A DNA stretch of 64,000 nucleotides from Octopus vulgaris. Lineage: Eukaryota. Position 1 is the stretch's first letter; every line of letters begins with the position of its first letter. The position numbers were made by a program, and so were the translations under genes. The DNA lies in contig OX597821.1 in NCBI GenBank assembly GCA_951406725.2, positions 111,228,001 through 111,292,000 on the forward strand. The letters run 5' to 3'. This document shows positions 40,178-53,480 of this stretch, one piece after another. Under the pieces are notes generated by a model. That model was not told where the DNA came from and made no database searches. It was given only the letters and a program-made list of their open reading frames with translations.

Positions 40178-40577
40178 ATATATGGTCAATGCTAGTGCTG
40201 TCTAACTAGTTCCGTGCCTGTGCACGTAAAAAGCACTATTCAGGCATGGTTGATGCCAGTACTGGCTGACTGGACCCATGCCGGTGGCGCATAAATACCC
40301 ACTACACTCTCGGAGTTGTTGGCATTAGGAAGGGCATCCAGCTGTAGAAACTTTGCCAGATCAGATTGGAGTCTGGTATATATGGTCAATGCTAGTGCTG
40401 TCTAACTAGTTCCGTGCCTGTGCACGTAAAAAGCACCATTCGAGCATGGTCGATGTCAGTACTGGCTGACTGGACCCATGCCGGTGGCACATAAATACCC
40501 ACTACACTCTCGGAGTTGTTGGCATTAGGAAGGGCATCCACCTGTAGAAACTTTGCCAGATCAGATTGGAGCCTGGT
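40178..40577 (+). repeat. 200-bp tandem duplication within an RTE-tail element
   Basis: tatggtcaatgctagtgctgtctaactagttccg at 40181 and 40381. Confidence 0.9.
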
Positions 40578-41577
40578 GCAGCGTTCTGGCTTGCCAGCCC
40601 TCAGTCAAACCGTCCAACCCATGTCAGCATGGAAAGCGGATATTAAACAACAATGATGATGATATGTATGTATGTATGTATGTGTATATATATATATATA
40701 TATATATACATACACACACACATATATACATACATACACGATTGGATGCTCTCAACATGCAAAAATTAAACCAAGTTTTGGTTCTAATGCTAATTGTATT
40801 TCTAAAAAGTACCTGTGCCAGTGGCATGTAAAAGGCACCTGTATCAGTGACACATAAAAGACAGCCAGTACACTCTGTGGAGTGGTCGGCGTTAGGAAGG
40901 GCATGCAATCATAGAAACCAAGCCAAAACAATTGACTGGAGGCTGGTGCAGCTGTTTGACATACCAGCTCCAATTAAACCATCCAACCCATACCAGCATG
41001 GAAAACGGATGTCGAATGATGATGATTATATGCATGATGGAATCTATTAAGGATGACGTGTAGGTGTGCAGTGAGAAAACAACAACAACAACAAAAAAAA
41101 ATACCCATACAAATAACCAACAACAGACCCAAACTACTACTACTCCTCACCTATGTTTACAATTCATTTACTTCACCTGGTGACTCGTCATGTGAGTCCT
41201 TCGGCCACCAATCGATTCACAAAGATGATCACAAACACTACACAAGCAATTTGCATTACCTGAAGCAATATGGATATATGAGCATGACTTATTAATCAGC
41301 CTGTGACCTAGTCGAGATATCACAATATGGATCGTGATGGTTTGCAGGAAGATGGTTGTTCTGTTGGTTTGTCTTCCTATTTTCCCTGTAACTGATCTTG
41401 ATAAAGTACTCTGAGAATCAGACTGGAGAAGTGAGTGCTTTTCCAGCTCCAAGATTTTGAAACCCAGAGTTTTCTTTTGTAATATTCAGGCATTTCAAAT
41501 TATCTTTGAACTTATCCTTATACTGGAAAAAATATCTGGCCTACTTTGCACTGTGAATTTTCAAGCTAACTATAAAT

Positions 41578-41626
<49 letters not shown>

Positions 41627-41692
41627 GTCCAACCCGTGCTAGCGCGGAAAACGGACGTTAAACGATGATATATATATATATATATATATATC

Positions 41693-42125
41693 ATCATCAT
41701 CATCATCGTTTAGCGTCCGTTTTCCATGCTAGCATGGGTTGGACGGTTCTACTGGGGTCTGTGAAGCCAGAAGGCTTCATCAGGCCCAGTCAAATCTGGC
41801 AGTGTTTCTACGGCTGGATGCCCTTCCTAATGCCAACCACTCCGTGAGTGTAGTGGGTGCTTTTTACGATGTGCCGGTGGCACATAAAAAGCACCATCCG
41901 ATCGTGGCCGTTTGCCAGCCTCGTCTGGCACCTGTGCCGGTGGCACGTAAAAAGCACCCACTACACTCATGGAGTGGTTGGCGTTAGGAAGGGCATCCAG
42001 CCGTAGAAACATTGCCAGATCAAACTGGGCCTGGTGCAGCCTTCTGGCTTCCCAGACCCCAGTTGAACCGTCCAACCCATGCCAGCATGGAAGGCGGACG
42101 CTAAACGATGATGATGATGATGATA
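41693..42125. repeat. Inverted pair of RTE-tail elements (~170-bp arms, short spacer)
   Basis: The (cat)n...gggtgctttttacg arm is mirrored by cgtaaaaagcaccc...(gat)n. Confidence 0.9.
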
Positions 42126-42316
42126 TATATCAGGGGTCTACAAAGTGGTTGACACTGACCCCTGCAAATCGATGGGACTATTATAGGGGTCAATAAATGC
42201 ACATCTACATTATTTTCTTATACATGCCTGGGGGATGAGTTGTCAAGGATTCCACAAAGGGGTTAGTGGTCTAAAAAGTTTGGCGACCCTTGATCATATA
42301 TAAATATATATATACT

Positions 42317-42690
42317 CTTTTATTCTTTTACTTGTTTCAGTCATTTGACTGCAGCCATGCTGGAGCACCACATTTAGTCGAGCAAATTGACCCTAGGAAT
42401 TATTCTTTGTAAGTCTAGTACTTATTCTGTCGGTCTCCTTTGCCGAACCACTAAATTACAGGGGACGTAAACACACCACCATTGGTTGTCAAGTGATGTT
42501 GAGGAGGGGGGGGGAACAAACACAGAAACACATACATATGATGGGCTTCTTTCAGTTTCCGTCTACCAAATCCACTCACATGGCTTTGGTTGGCCCAAGG
42601 CTATAGAAGACACTTGCCCAAGGTGCCACACAGTGGGACTGAACCTGGAAACGTGGTTAGCAAGCAAGCTACTTACCACACAGCCACTCC
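42317..42690 (-). mobile_element. CORE-type tRNA SINE family B (representative copy)
   Basis: Head gtggctgtgtggtaag...ggttcagtccc, MIR/CORE-like accttgggcaagtg, tail gactgaaacaagtaaaag. Other copies near 11100-11390, 12825-13155, 35760-35985, 37008-37360, 43850-44410, 59445-59793 and 60310-60958. Confidence 0.85.
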
Positions 42691-45600
42691 AGCACCTATA
42701 TGTATATATGTGTGGATGCCATATTTCCTGATGTCACACAGATAGTAAAAGCATACTTTCAAAGATATTTCTTATACAATGGGTCACTATTAATAATATA
42801 CTTTGAATGGATTTCACAGTAGATATGTTGGTAAAGAAGAAATTATTGAACTTAAATCAAAAGAAGTAAAATTACTGAAGCTGGCAGAATATACAAATAG
42901 ATAACAGCTAAAACCTATCATATATGCCTTCGGCAAAAAAAAAAAAAAAAAAAATTACACAAAATGTCTGTTTTACTTCTATTTTTCCATGTTTGCATGA
43001 GTTAGACAAATATACTGTATGATCAAGGTGTTGTTCTACAGCCTGGTGCCTTTGCTGTTGCTAATGTTCGATTCTCTAGTAAAGGATCTTATTTTAAACA
43101 TCTGTGATGTGAGCAAGCTGACAAGTTGTTGACAGGAGAAGCAACAACAATAGCACAAATGTCAACAAACACAAATGTCTACACACACACACACACACTC
43201 AGAGCTTTCAGTTTATGTCTACGTAATACAGTCACAAGGTTCTGATTGGCCCAGTGCTACACTGCAGGTCTGAACAGGAATTTACATGATTCATCATTAT
43301 CATTTAACATCCGTTGTCCATGCTGGCATGCTGCACCAGGATCCAGTCTGATTTGGCATGGTTTCCAAGGCTGGATGCCCTTCCTAATGCCAACCACTCC
43401 AAAAATGTAACGGGTGCCTTTACATGCTACCGGCATGGGTACCATTTGCGTAACACTGGGGTGCTTTTGCATACCACCAGCACAGGTGCCAATTAATGTG
43501 ACATCAATATCTTCCATGACTGCGATTTTGCTCAGCTTCATGGGTCTTCTTCACAAGCATGACAATGCCAAAGGTCGCGGTCATGAACTTAGCCACATAG
43601 CTTTGCCTGTACTTATACACACTGACAGGCTTCTCTCAGTTTCCGTTTACTAAATTCACTTACAAGACACTCGTTGGCCTGAGGCTATACTAGAAGACAC
43701 TTGCCCGAGGTTGGGAAGCAAGCTTCTTAGCCACATGAATATACCTTGACTAATAACAGCTAAAAGAAAATATAATTACACAAAACACGGCAAGATGTAA
43801 TTATGCAAATTACAATAAAAAAAACAAACATTGTGTGTGTGTGTGTGTGTTTGTCCCCCTAGCATTGCTTGACAACCGATGCTGGTGTGTTTACATCCCC
43901 GTCATTTAGCGGTTCGGCAAAAGAGACCAATAGAATAAGTACTGGGCTTACAAAGAATAAGTCCCGGGGTCGATTTGCTCGACTAAAGGCGGTGCTCCAG
44001 CATGGCCGCAGTCAAATGACTGAAACAAGTAAAAGAGTAAAAGAGCAAAGAGTATATGTGCAGCCATGACTGTGGTAAGAAGTTTGTTTCCCAACCACAT
44101 GGTTCTGAGTTCAGTCCCACTGCATGGCACCTCGGGCAAGTATCTGAGTAAAGCCTTGTGGATAGAAACTGAAAGAAACCCTTTGCATGTATATGTATGC
44201 ATCTGTGTTTGTTCCCCCACAAGCATTTGACATCTGATGTTGGTGCGTCCACGTTTCTGTAACTTAGCAGTTTGACAAAAAAGACCAATCAAAATAAGTA
44301 CCAAGCTTATGTAAACAAAAACGAGTACTGGGGGTCGATCCGTTTGACAAAAATTCTCCAAGGTGGTGCCCCAGCATGGCCACAGTCTGATGAATGAAAC
44401 GAGTAAAAGACTATATACAGCACAATTTCTATGTTGACAGGAAGTGGGTGGGGGTGCGGGCCCTTGTAGAACGATGAACTCTAAAAATGACAGTTGTTGG
44501 TTACTGTGAACATATTCATCATCGTGTAATGTCCATTATCCATGCTGGCATGGGTTGGCACCACAATGGAAGGCGGTGCCAGACTTTTTCAAAGAAACAA
44601 ATAGAGAACAAAGACAGGCAACATAAAGAACATTCCCTTCATCAGTTGTTCCCTGTTTTATCCACTTCGCATTTCAAATATATATATATAACAATAATTA
44701 AGGGTTCAGCAACGAGTTGCTTAATCACATACCAAAAAATTTAGAAATAGCAGCCAAAAGACCGTTATTTCTTTTCGCTACAAAATATGACTCCACAGAC
44801 AACCCTCTCTGTAACTCACACAGGCAAAAAAAGGAAAATAATGAAATCAAGCAGTCTTCGGTTAATTATGGACGCATTTCTGGATTAGAGTTATAAAACT
44901 CATTGCTAAACCCTTAATTATTGTTATAATTATATATAAAACTTCTTGTATAAGTTTTTACCGAATATGGTTCCTTTCCATACCGAAACTACTTGACGAA
45001 ATTTATTAATTATAAATTAATAATTTTTTTTACCCTATATCTATAATATATATATAAATATATATATGCATCAAAGCATCTGTGGTGGACATCTTTCAGT
45101 TTCTGTCAACTAAATCTGTTTACAAAGCATCTGGTCAGTTTGGGGCTATGGTGGAGGACACTCGCCCAAAGTGCTGCATGGTAGCACTGAACTTGAGGCC
45201 CCATGGTTGGGAAGCAAGCTTCTTACCCACACAGCCATGCCTATGTCTATTGTCAATGTGGAAAAAAAAAAGATGGAGTAGCATCATCCTAGATATTTCA
45301 GTCGTTATTTGGGAGAAAAATTTAGCAAGATAAATTAGATTTCATCAAACACCATTGCATAGGTAAATGAGTCAAGGAATGTAACTCCACCCGTATTCAT
45401 TAGTCATTTAATTAAGCTTTATATGCTCAATATCAGATTCTCGACAATGTAAACAGTCCCAACAGATGTGGGAAACACACTGCTCTTGACTTAGATAAAA
45501 AAAGTTTATCTTTTATATCAAAACTTAATTTTAAAAAATGATCTGAAAATAATAATTAGTAAATTGTTTTTTCTATGATGAAGCACATCATCATCATTGT

Positions 45601-48057
45601 TTAAAGTCTGTTTTCCATGCTGGCATGGGTTGGACGGTTTGACTGAAGTCTGGAGAGCCAGCGGCAGCACCAGGCTCCAATCTGATTTGGCATGGTTTCT
45701 ACAGCTGGATGCCCTTCCTAATGCCAACCACTCTGAGAATGTAGTAGGTGCATTTTATGTGCCACTGGGACAGGAGCTCATCAGGCAGGCCTGGCAGTGG
45801 ACACGTTTAGATGGTGCTTTTCACCTGCCACCGGCACGGGGGCCAGTCAGGGGACACTGGCATCGGCCATGTTCGGATAGTGCTTTTTATGTGCCAAAGC
45901 ACCTATAGTATAATAAAATAAAAAATTTAAAAAAAGCAGAGAAATATGGTATTTTGTGTTAGAAATGTTTGTAAGAGAGCTTGAAAGTTAACCAAAGCTC
46001 AAGAGAATTAAAACAAACCAAAACTGCTTGATATATCAAAAGTAAAGCATTTATTATTATCATGTGCAGGTGTGGTTGGGCAGTTAAGAAGTCTGCTTGC
46101 CAACCAAATGGCTTCAGGTTCAGTCCCACTGGGTGACACTTTGGGCAAATGTTTTCTACTATAGCCTGGAGCTGACCAAAGCCCTTGAATGAATTTGGTA
46201 GATGGAAACTGAAAGAAGCCCAGTGTGTGTGCATATATATCTATCTATCTATCATCTAGGATAAGAATAGGATGGAGGAAATTCAGAGAACAGTAACCGC
46301 TGTTGGCCATGAGTGAAAGGAAGATTGTATGATGCATGCATAGTTGTGAGACATGGGCCTTGAATGGAGAAGACCTGCTAAGTTTAGAAAGGAAGGAGGC
46401 CCGTATTCTCTGCTGGATGGGTAAGGTAAGTGAACATGTCCAACAGAGTGCAAGTGTTTTGAGAGAGAAGTTAGGTATAAGAGTGTGACTGTTTGTATCT
46501 CCTTGTCTTAGAGTATCATAGTTGTAAACGAGTGTCACTGTCATACAAGCAGGGTCATTCATGTGTGACTTTCTACGAAAATATGCCTGACCTGGAGAAA
46601 TATTACCTGGCTTGGAAACAGGTGAGGCTAGACAAGAAAGGCATCCAGTTGTTGAAACCTACTGCAGAATCCACCTGAACCATGCAAGTATGAAAAACAG
46701 ATGTTATGAGCTTCTGGTATTTAGTCACAGATCTTTACATCCTGAGTTCAAATTCCACCATGGTCAACTTGGCCTTTTATCATTCCAGGCTCAAGAAAAG
46801 AGAGAGCCTGTTAAGTACTGGGATCGGTGTTATTGACTTATCTCTCCTCTCAAAATTTCTGGCAGAATTGTTAGCATGCCGGACAAAATACTTAGCAGCA
46901 TTTCGCCTGTCTTTACATTCTTAGCTCAAAATCCACTAAGGTTGACTTTGCCTTTTTCAGGACCAATAAAACAAGTACGAGTGAAGAACAAGAGTTGATA
47001 TAGTCAACCAGCCCCTCCTCCAAAATTTCAAGAATTTTGTCTATAATAGAAAGGATTATTATTATTATGGTGACAAGCTGGCAGAATTGTTAGCACGCTG
47101 GGCTAAATGCTTAACAGTATTTCATTTGTCTTTACGTTCTGAGTTCAAATTCTGCCGAGGTCAACTTTGCCTTTCATCCTTTGGGGGTTGATAAAATAAG
47201 TACCAGTTGAATGCTGGTGTCAATGCAATCGACTAGCCTCCTTCCCCGCAAAATTTTCAAGGCCTTGTGCCTAGAGTAGATACGATAATAATAATAAATA
47301 TTATTGTGTTTATTTGGTGGTGGCCTAAGTGGCGAAGAAGGTTGAGTGGTAGACCAGATAGAAAGGACTGAAGACAGATACTTTCCTCTTTGGCCAAGTT
47401 CTCAACAACTTTTTCAAGTTTCACTTGAAAAGGAAAGTGTGTGTAGAGAGGGAAGTGCTGCCTCACAACAATTTTGTTGAAAGCTGGGTGAATGTGGCAA
47501 GAATGGTCAGAGTGAACAGGCCTACTCTAAACATGTGCCTGTAGGTTGAAGGAGGACGGTGTGGAGAAAGCACTTGCCCTAGTGGTTAGGGCGACCATGG
47601 TTTTGTGGGGTTACCATAAGCATCCCAAGGAAGTCTGCCTCTTTTGGGGAATTATCATCATCATTTAGCGTCCGCTTTCCATGCTAGCAAGGGTTCGACG
47701 GTTCAACTGGGGTCTGGGAAGCCTGCACCAGGCCCAGTCTGATCTGGCAATGTTTCTACGGCTGGATGCCCTTCCTAATGCCAACCACTCTGTGAGTGTA
47801 GTGGGTGCTTTTTACGTGCCAGACGGGGCTGGCAAACGGCCACGGTCGGATGGTGCCATTTACATGTCACCGGCACGGGGGCCAGGCGAGGCTGGCAACG
47901 TCAATTGTTAAAATATATATAGTGTGTGTGTGTATAGAAACTGTAGAAATTCTGCCAGATCAGATTGGAGCCTGGTGCAGCCATCTAGTTCGCCAGTCCT
48001 CAGTCAAATTGTCCAACCCATGCCAGCATGGAAAGCGGATGTTAAACGATGATGATG

Positions 48058-48088
<31 letters not shown>

Positions 48089-48160
48089 CATACATACTTT
48101 AAAGGCAGCAGAAATAACAAAAGGTGTTTACTCAGGTTTTTATATTTCTACTGCTTTTAA

Positions 48161-48371
48161 CCCTTTCGTTACTGAATTTATTTTGAGATGCTCTGTGTTT
48201 CTTTCAGTTACATTAAATATAACAAAGAATTTCATGAAATAACTTGGTTATCATTAAGCTAGTGTTAGGAACATAAATTGTGACTAAGGTTTGGTGGAAG
48301 ATTTTAATTCATAACTTAGGAAAACAAGGCATTTGTACTACAGAGCCAGAGCCGGGTTGGTAACGAAAGGG
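48161..48371. mobile_element. Intact piggyBac-type MITE, 211 bp
   Basis: TTAA TSD (48157-48160 and 48372-48375); perfect 12-bp TIR CCCTTTCGTTAC/GTAACGAAAGGG. Confidence 0.9.
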
Positions 48372-49069
48372 TTAAATAAAGCATATTACTCTACCTCTGG
48401 TATTTGAGTACTCTTTTTTCCACCTTGTTTCACATTTATGTGCTTACTTCAGTGTGTGTATATGTAGATATATTTTTACATGCTTTTTATGTAATCCTAT
48501 ATTGCTCTGTCCTGTACTGTCAAGGAAGTTTTTTTTTGTGAACCCTTAGTGGTCAATAAAGCAAACATTATTATTAGCATTATTATGGAGGGTTAGCAGA
48601 ATTGCATCATTTAACGTCCACTTTCCATGCTGGCATGGATTGGATGGTCAGACAGGAGTTGGCCAAGCAGAAGACTGCACCAGATTTGTGTCTGTTTTGA
48701 CACAGGAAGGACATCCAGCAGTAAAAGCTAATGCCAACCACCTAGCTAAGTGGCTGGGTGCTTTTTATGTGGCCCCAGCACATCAAGGTCAGTTTTTGCA
48801 TGGTTTTTACAGCTGGATGCCATTCCAAGTGCCAACTTCTTTACAGTGTGGACTGGATGCTTTTTATGTTACTAGTTCTCCGTTGAGAGTTCGATTCCCA
48901 CCACAGTCAACTCAGCTTTTCAGCCTTCTGGAGAGAAAAAATAAAACAAAAAACACTGGAATTGATGTAATTGCTCAAACCCCTTCTCCCCAAATTGCCT
49001 TTAGTAGAAACATTATTTTTCGGTTATCTCTACAGATTTTCTATAGAAATTATAGCCAGTACTGATTAA

Positions 49070-49700
49070 TGCCAATCACTGAGAGTGTAGTGGGTGCTTT
49101 TTACGTGCCACTGACCATGATCGGTTAGTGCTTTTTATGTGCAACCGGAACAGAAGCCAGTCAAGGCGGCGCTGGCATCGCCACGTTTGGATAGTGCCTT
49201 TTATGTGCCACCGGCACAGGGATCACAACTGTAATTTCCATTTGATTTTGGTTTTGATGTACTTTGATTCAAAAGGGCTCCTCAAGCACAGCATGTCGAC
49301 CTACGATCCAAGGCACTTTTTGAGTGGGCTGGTATTGCGACACTGGTGTAGGTTACAGCTGTGAACTCACTTTATTTACTGGGTCTTCTCTGTCACAGCA
49401 TACCTCCAGAGGTCTTGGTCTTTTGTTATTACCTCTGTGAGGCCCAATGTTCGAAGTTCATACTTCACCACCTCATCTCATGTCTTCCTGGGGCTCCCTC
49501 TACCCTGGATTCCTTCCACTGTTTGGGAGTGGCACTTCACCACACAGATCTCCTCGTCCATCCGCAGTACATGACCATACCAACGCAAACGTCTCTCTTG
49601 CACGCCACAACTGATGCTTCTTATGTCCAACATTTCTCTCAGGGCACTTACACCCTGTTGTGTGTGCACACTGACATTACACATCCAGCAGATCATGCTA
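49070..49700 (-). mobile_element. RTE-clade LINE 3' fragment (end of ORF2 plus 3' UTR)
   Basis: Contains the RTE-type C-terminal signature ...VQERRLRWYGHVLRMDEE...VEGIQGRGSPRKT. Related fragments at ~26520-26680 and ~46260-46490. Confidence 0.85.
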
Positions 49701-50917
49701 ACTTCCTTTCTTTTGAACCTACAAGTGATATAGTAGCACTGCTAACACAGGAGAATACAGTGTTGACTTACAAAAATGTTTAATATACCTTGTATTATAT
49801 TATGGTTGCATAACCAAATAGGGTGTACCTACAAATAATTATTTTTAGGGTAAACACTGCTGTAATGTGTGTCCTAATGTAGGAGTCATTGTCTCATTAT
49901 GCTGTGAAGCAAGTCTGTATGTGTTTCAGCCCTTTCCATTGTAACACCAGAGCTGCCCAGGGCCACCTAAAGATTTAGGTAACAAAACCCTCATGCCCAA
50001 CAGCACAAGCTTTGAGTTAGATGTTGTGATTCTGGCCCAGATGCTTCTATCATTTTCAGTGCTTGATTTTGCAGTACCACTTGTCCCATGTCTCTCCCTC
50101 GAACCAGAAGTAATTAATGGCTTGTTTTCTCAGAAGCTTCTGACAATTTTCTGGTAAAATTTTTTCACTCCATCATCAGCTAGTCCATGACTCCTGTGCA
50201 CTGAGTGAACTCTGGTTCCAACAAATCCGCAAATGTTTATTTAACCCTTTAGTGTTCAAATTACTCTGTTAAATGTAATGCTTTTTCACTCAAATTGTTT
50301 TGAATTAATCATGTATTATCTCATAGCTTTGAAATCTCAATGATGTGAATATTTATGTTTAGAATGTCAATGTAGGTTAGGTGCGAGAGGCTAGATATGG
50401 CTAGTTCAAATATAAAACATGTAGAATATTTGGGCCAGATATGGCCGGTTTAAACGCATAACTGATAATCCACACTAATCCATAAGCAGTTACTTCAAAT
50501 TACTTCATCCCCCACTATTAATAAACTTGTATCAATTATACTAATCTACAGGTATCTACTTTATGTAGCTCATCTTTTATCTCTAGGGGACAAACAAGGT
50601 AGAGACACACACACACACACATATATGGGCTTCTTTCCGTTTCCATCTACCAAATTCACTCACAAGGCTTTGGTTGGCTCAAGGTTATAATAGAAGACAT
50701 GCCCAATGTACCATGCAGTGGGACTGAACCTAGAACCATGTGGTTGGGAAGCAAGCTTCTTACCACACAGCCATGCCTACAGAAGATATCAGCTCTTTAG
50801 AGAAAGTTTGATAATTTCCTAAGTGTAAGAAAATGTTTAGTGAACATAATAATAGTGAAATTATTGTTTATAGTGATCAGGTGCACTACAACATAGTATG
50901 GAACACTGAAGTGGTGG

Positions 50918-51061
50918 AGAATAGCTGTGCGAACAGCTTAGAGGTTCAATTGAAATACCCTTGTTGAGAGAAAAAAAAGGGGCCTGGTTCGGTGGCCACA
51001 TTTTTATGCTTATAAGGGTATTATTTAACCCAATCTTCGAAGCTGTTCTCACAGCTTTTCT
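50918..51061. repeat. Degenerate fold-back
   Basis: agctgtgcgaacagctt pairs with aagctgttctcacagct; aataccctt pairs with aagggtatt. Confidence 0.7.
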
Positions 51062-51420
51062 GCTGCATTTGAGATTCCCTTCATTTCTAGAATAATACAC
51101 TGAACAGCTTAGATACGAGTAATATTGACTATATGACGAGTAACTACATGTTTTTTTTTTTTATTTAACGAATTAAGGACAGGTGAAAAAAAAGTAAATA
51201 AAACTGATATATTACAAAAGAAATCCAATGTTTCTGACAAACCTATACACACAAGTCGATGAATTTTATAGGTTAAACATTTCACGCTTGTTTTGTTAAC
51301 AAACCTGTTGGTCAACTATAGAAACAGATAGTTGTTGCTTGCAGATAACCCTAACTAGACAAGGACGAAAACCTACCACGAGGAAACATTACAATAATTG
51401 CCTTCTCACCCCACCCTTAT

Positions 51421-51828
51421 ATAGTGGGCATACCTATACAATTGTGCCCCTCACTGACGAAATAAAATTAAAAACTATCTTACAAAAACTGCCATAGGAT
51501 CTTTTCGGTTTGCACGGCAGTTTTTTCTAGTGGTGTCATATGAAATTGTCACCCATAATTATGACCTTAGTATCAATCTATTGCATTTCCATCTGTTTTA
51601 GGGTTAGGGTTGGGTAGGGTTAGGGGTGGGGCGAAGGGTATCTTTTTTTCTTCAGAAATGTAAATAAACCCAATCTGTTTCTTAAACGAGGGACATATTC
51701 ATACGGCACAGAATGCTTTTTAACTCAATGGACGTCATTGATTGGTTGAAATTGCAGAAAAAAAACAAGAAATATCTTACAAACCATAAAATCGTGGCGG
51801 GGCACACTTGTGTAGGTATGCCCCTACA
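51421..51828. mobile_element. TIR element hosting a partial Merlin-like MITE (51497 to ~51790)
   Basis: Outer inverted repeat gggcatacctatacaattgtgcccc (51426-51450) / ggggcacacttgtgtaggtatgccc (51799-51823). Inner GGATCTTTTCGGTTTG TIR and TTAGGG-like tract. Confidence 0.7.
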
Positions 51829-53416
51829 GTCTAAGGTGTGTTGTTTCATGCCTTTGAAATAAGACAGTAATTAACTTAGTTTTAATTCATCTTAGTAGTC
51901 ACATATGTAAAAAGACCAAAAAAAAAAAGTTTATTTGTGGACTGGGTGAATGACAAGCGTGTCGTGTCTTATGCTTCGTTTCCTTTTTGTTTTGCACTGG
52001 AGGTTGTTGTTTACATATGCATCCGACAACTTTACCAAACGCATACAAACACGTATACAAACACACACATATATGTATAAACAAATACATATTTATGGCA
52101 TTTGTTATGTAACAAACATATATATACACACACACACACACACACGCACTTGTAGTATGGAATGAAAACAAGCTGAACTTCCGGAGAAACGGAAACCAAT
52201 GTGAACGGTATTTTAATATCAAATTAACCGAGAAAACGGTGCTCGCTCTAAGTTCGAGGAATTAAACCCAAAGCTGAATTCGAATTAAGAAAGGAAAAAA
52301 TTCTAAATAAAATAAGAGAAAAAGAGAACTTGATGAGACCAAAAGCTCGAAGTATGAGTGGTGGTGGTGCAGAAAGAGAGAGAGAGAGAGAGATAGCATG
52401 CAGCAAATAAATATATTTATTTTCTCTAAGAGTAGGAACGAAGACATTAAGGTTATTTGCTTGGTAAATGTTGTAAACAGTCGCAGTGGAATCAGATCTC
52501 ACCTTCGATGCATTCTGGCCATAATAGGAGAAAGATCAATTAGGAGGATTGGGGGAGCGAGCGAGGGGGAAAGAACTAGCGACAGATAGAAAAAAAAAAG
52601 ATCTAGCTGGAGGATTTAATTAAGAATCCTCAGGTGCCCTCAAATCTAAATTCAAGCTAGGTCTTTTAATACGATTCTGTACATGTTTGTACGTGTGTGT
52701 GTACATAAATGTACGTACGTACTTATGCGTTATATTATGTACGTTTGTGGATACATATAGTCGCTTGTAAATAAGCGTGTAGATATATATTTGTAAATAT
52801 GTATACACATTATATACATAAAACAAAAAGATGGCAAGAACAGGTTTTAATCACACATGACAACAATTGTTTCTGTGTAATGGTGTGCGCGTGTGTGTGT
52901 ATGTATGTGTATATATATACATACATACATATCCATGGGTGCATTTATTTCGTTGTTGGTTAGTACCCAGAGGGTTGGGGTGATTATTTCAATTTTATTT
53001 TATATTTCCAATTAAGAAACCTTCGTTAATTAAGTTTTTAGGCGAGTACCTTAACGTAACAATGTTAACTAGCTCGATATCTAATCGTTGTTTCGCCGTT
53101 CTAAGTTCGAATTTCAGTGTGGGTCGACCTTAACCTTTGACAAACCGTCGTCGAAAATGACTGGGTGTGTTCACTTTAAAAAAAAATCAATTAACGATGT
53201 TAAAATCCTTAATTGAAAAGACAAATACAATAAAATTATCACCCAAATCCCTAACTTCTAGAGAACCAACCATAAGCCAAACACACACACCGACTCGAGG
53301 TGGAAGTTTAGAAAATTACATGACAGTTCTGTAATTCCTAAAGGTGGGTTTTCATAAAATACCCTTTTTCCTCCCACACTCAAGTCTACCTACATGTATA
53401 TGATTGTACAATAACC

Positions 53417-53480
<64 letters not shown>

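Noticed and set aside
44580-44680. Minus-strand CTGATGAAGGG as another hammerhead
   Set aside because: No closing stem II and GAAA could be found in the right order; at most a truncated Penelope-like relic.
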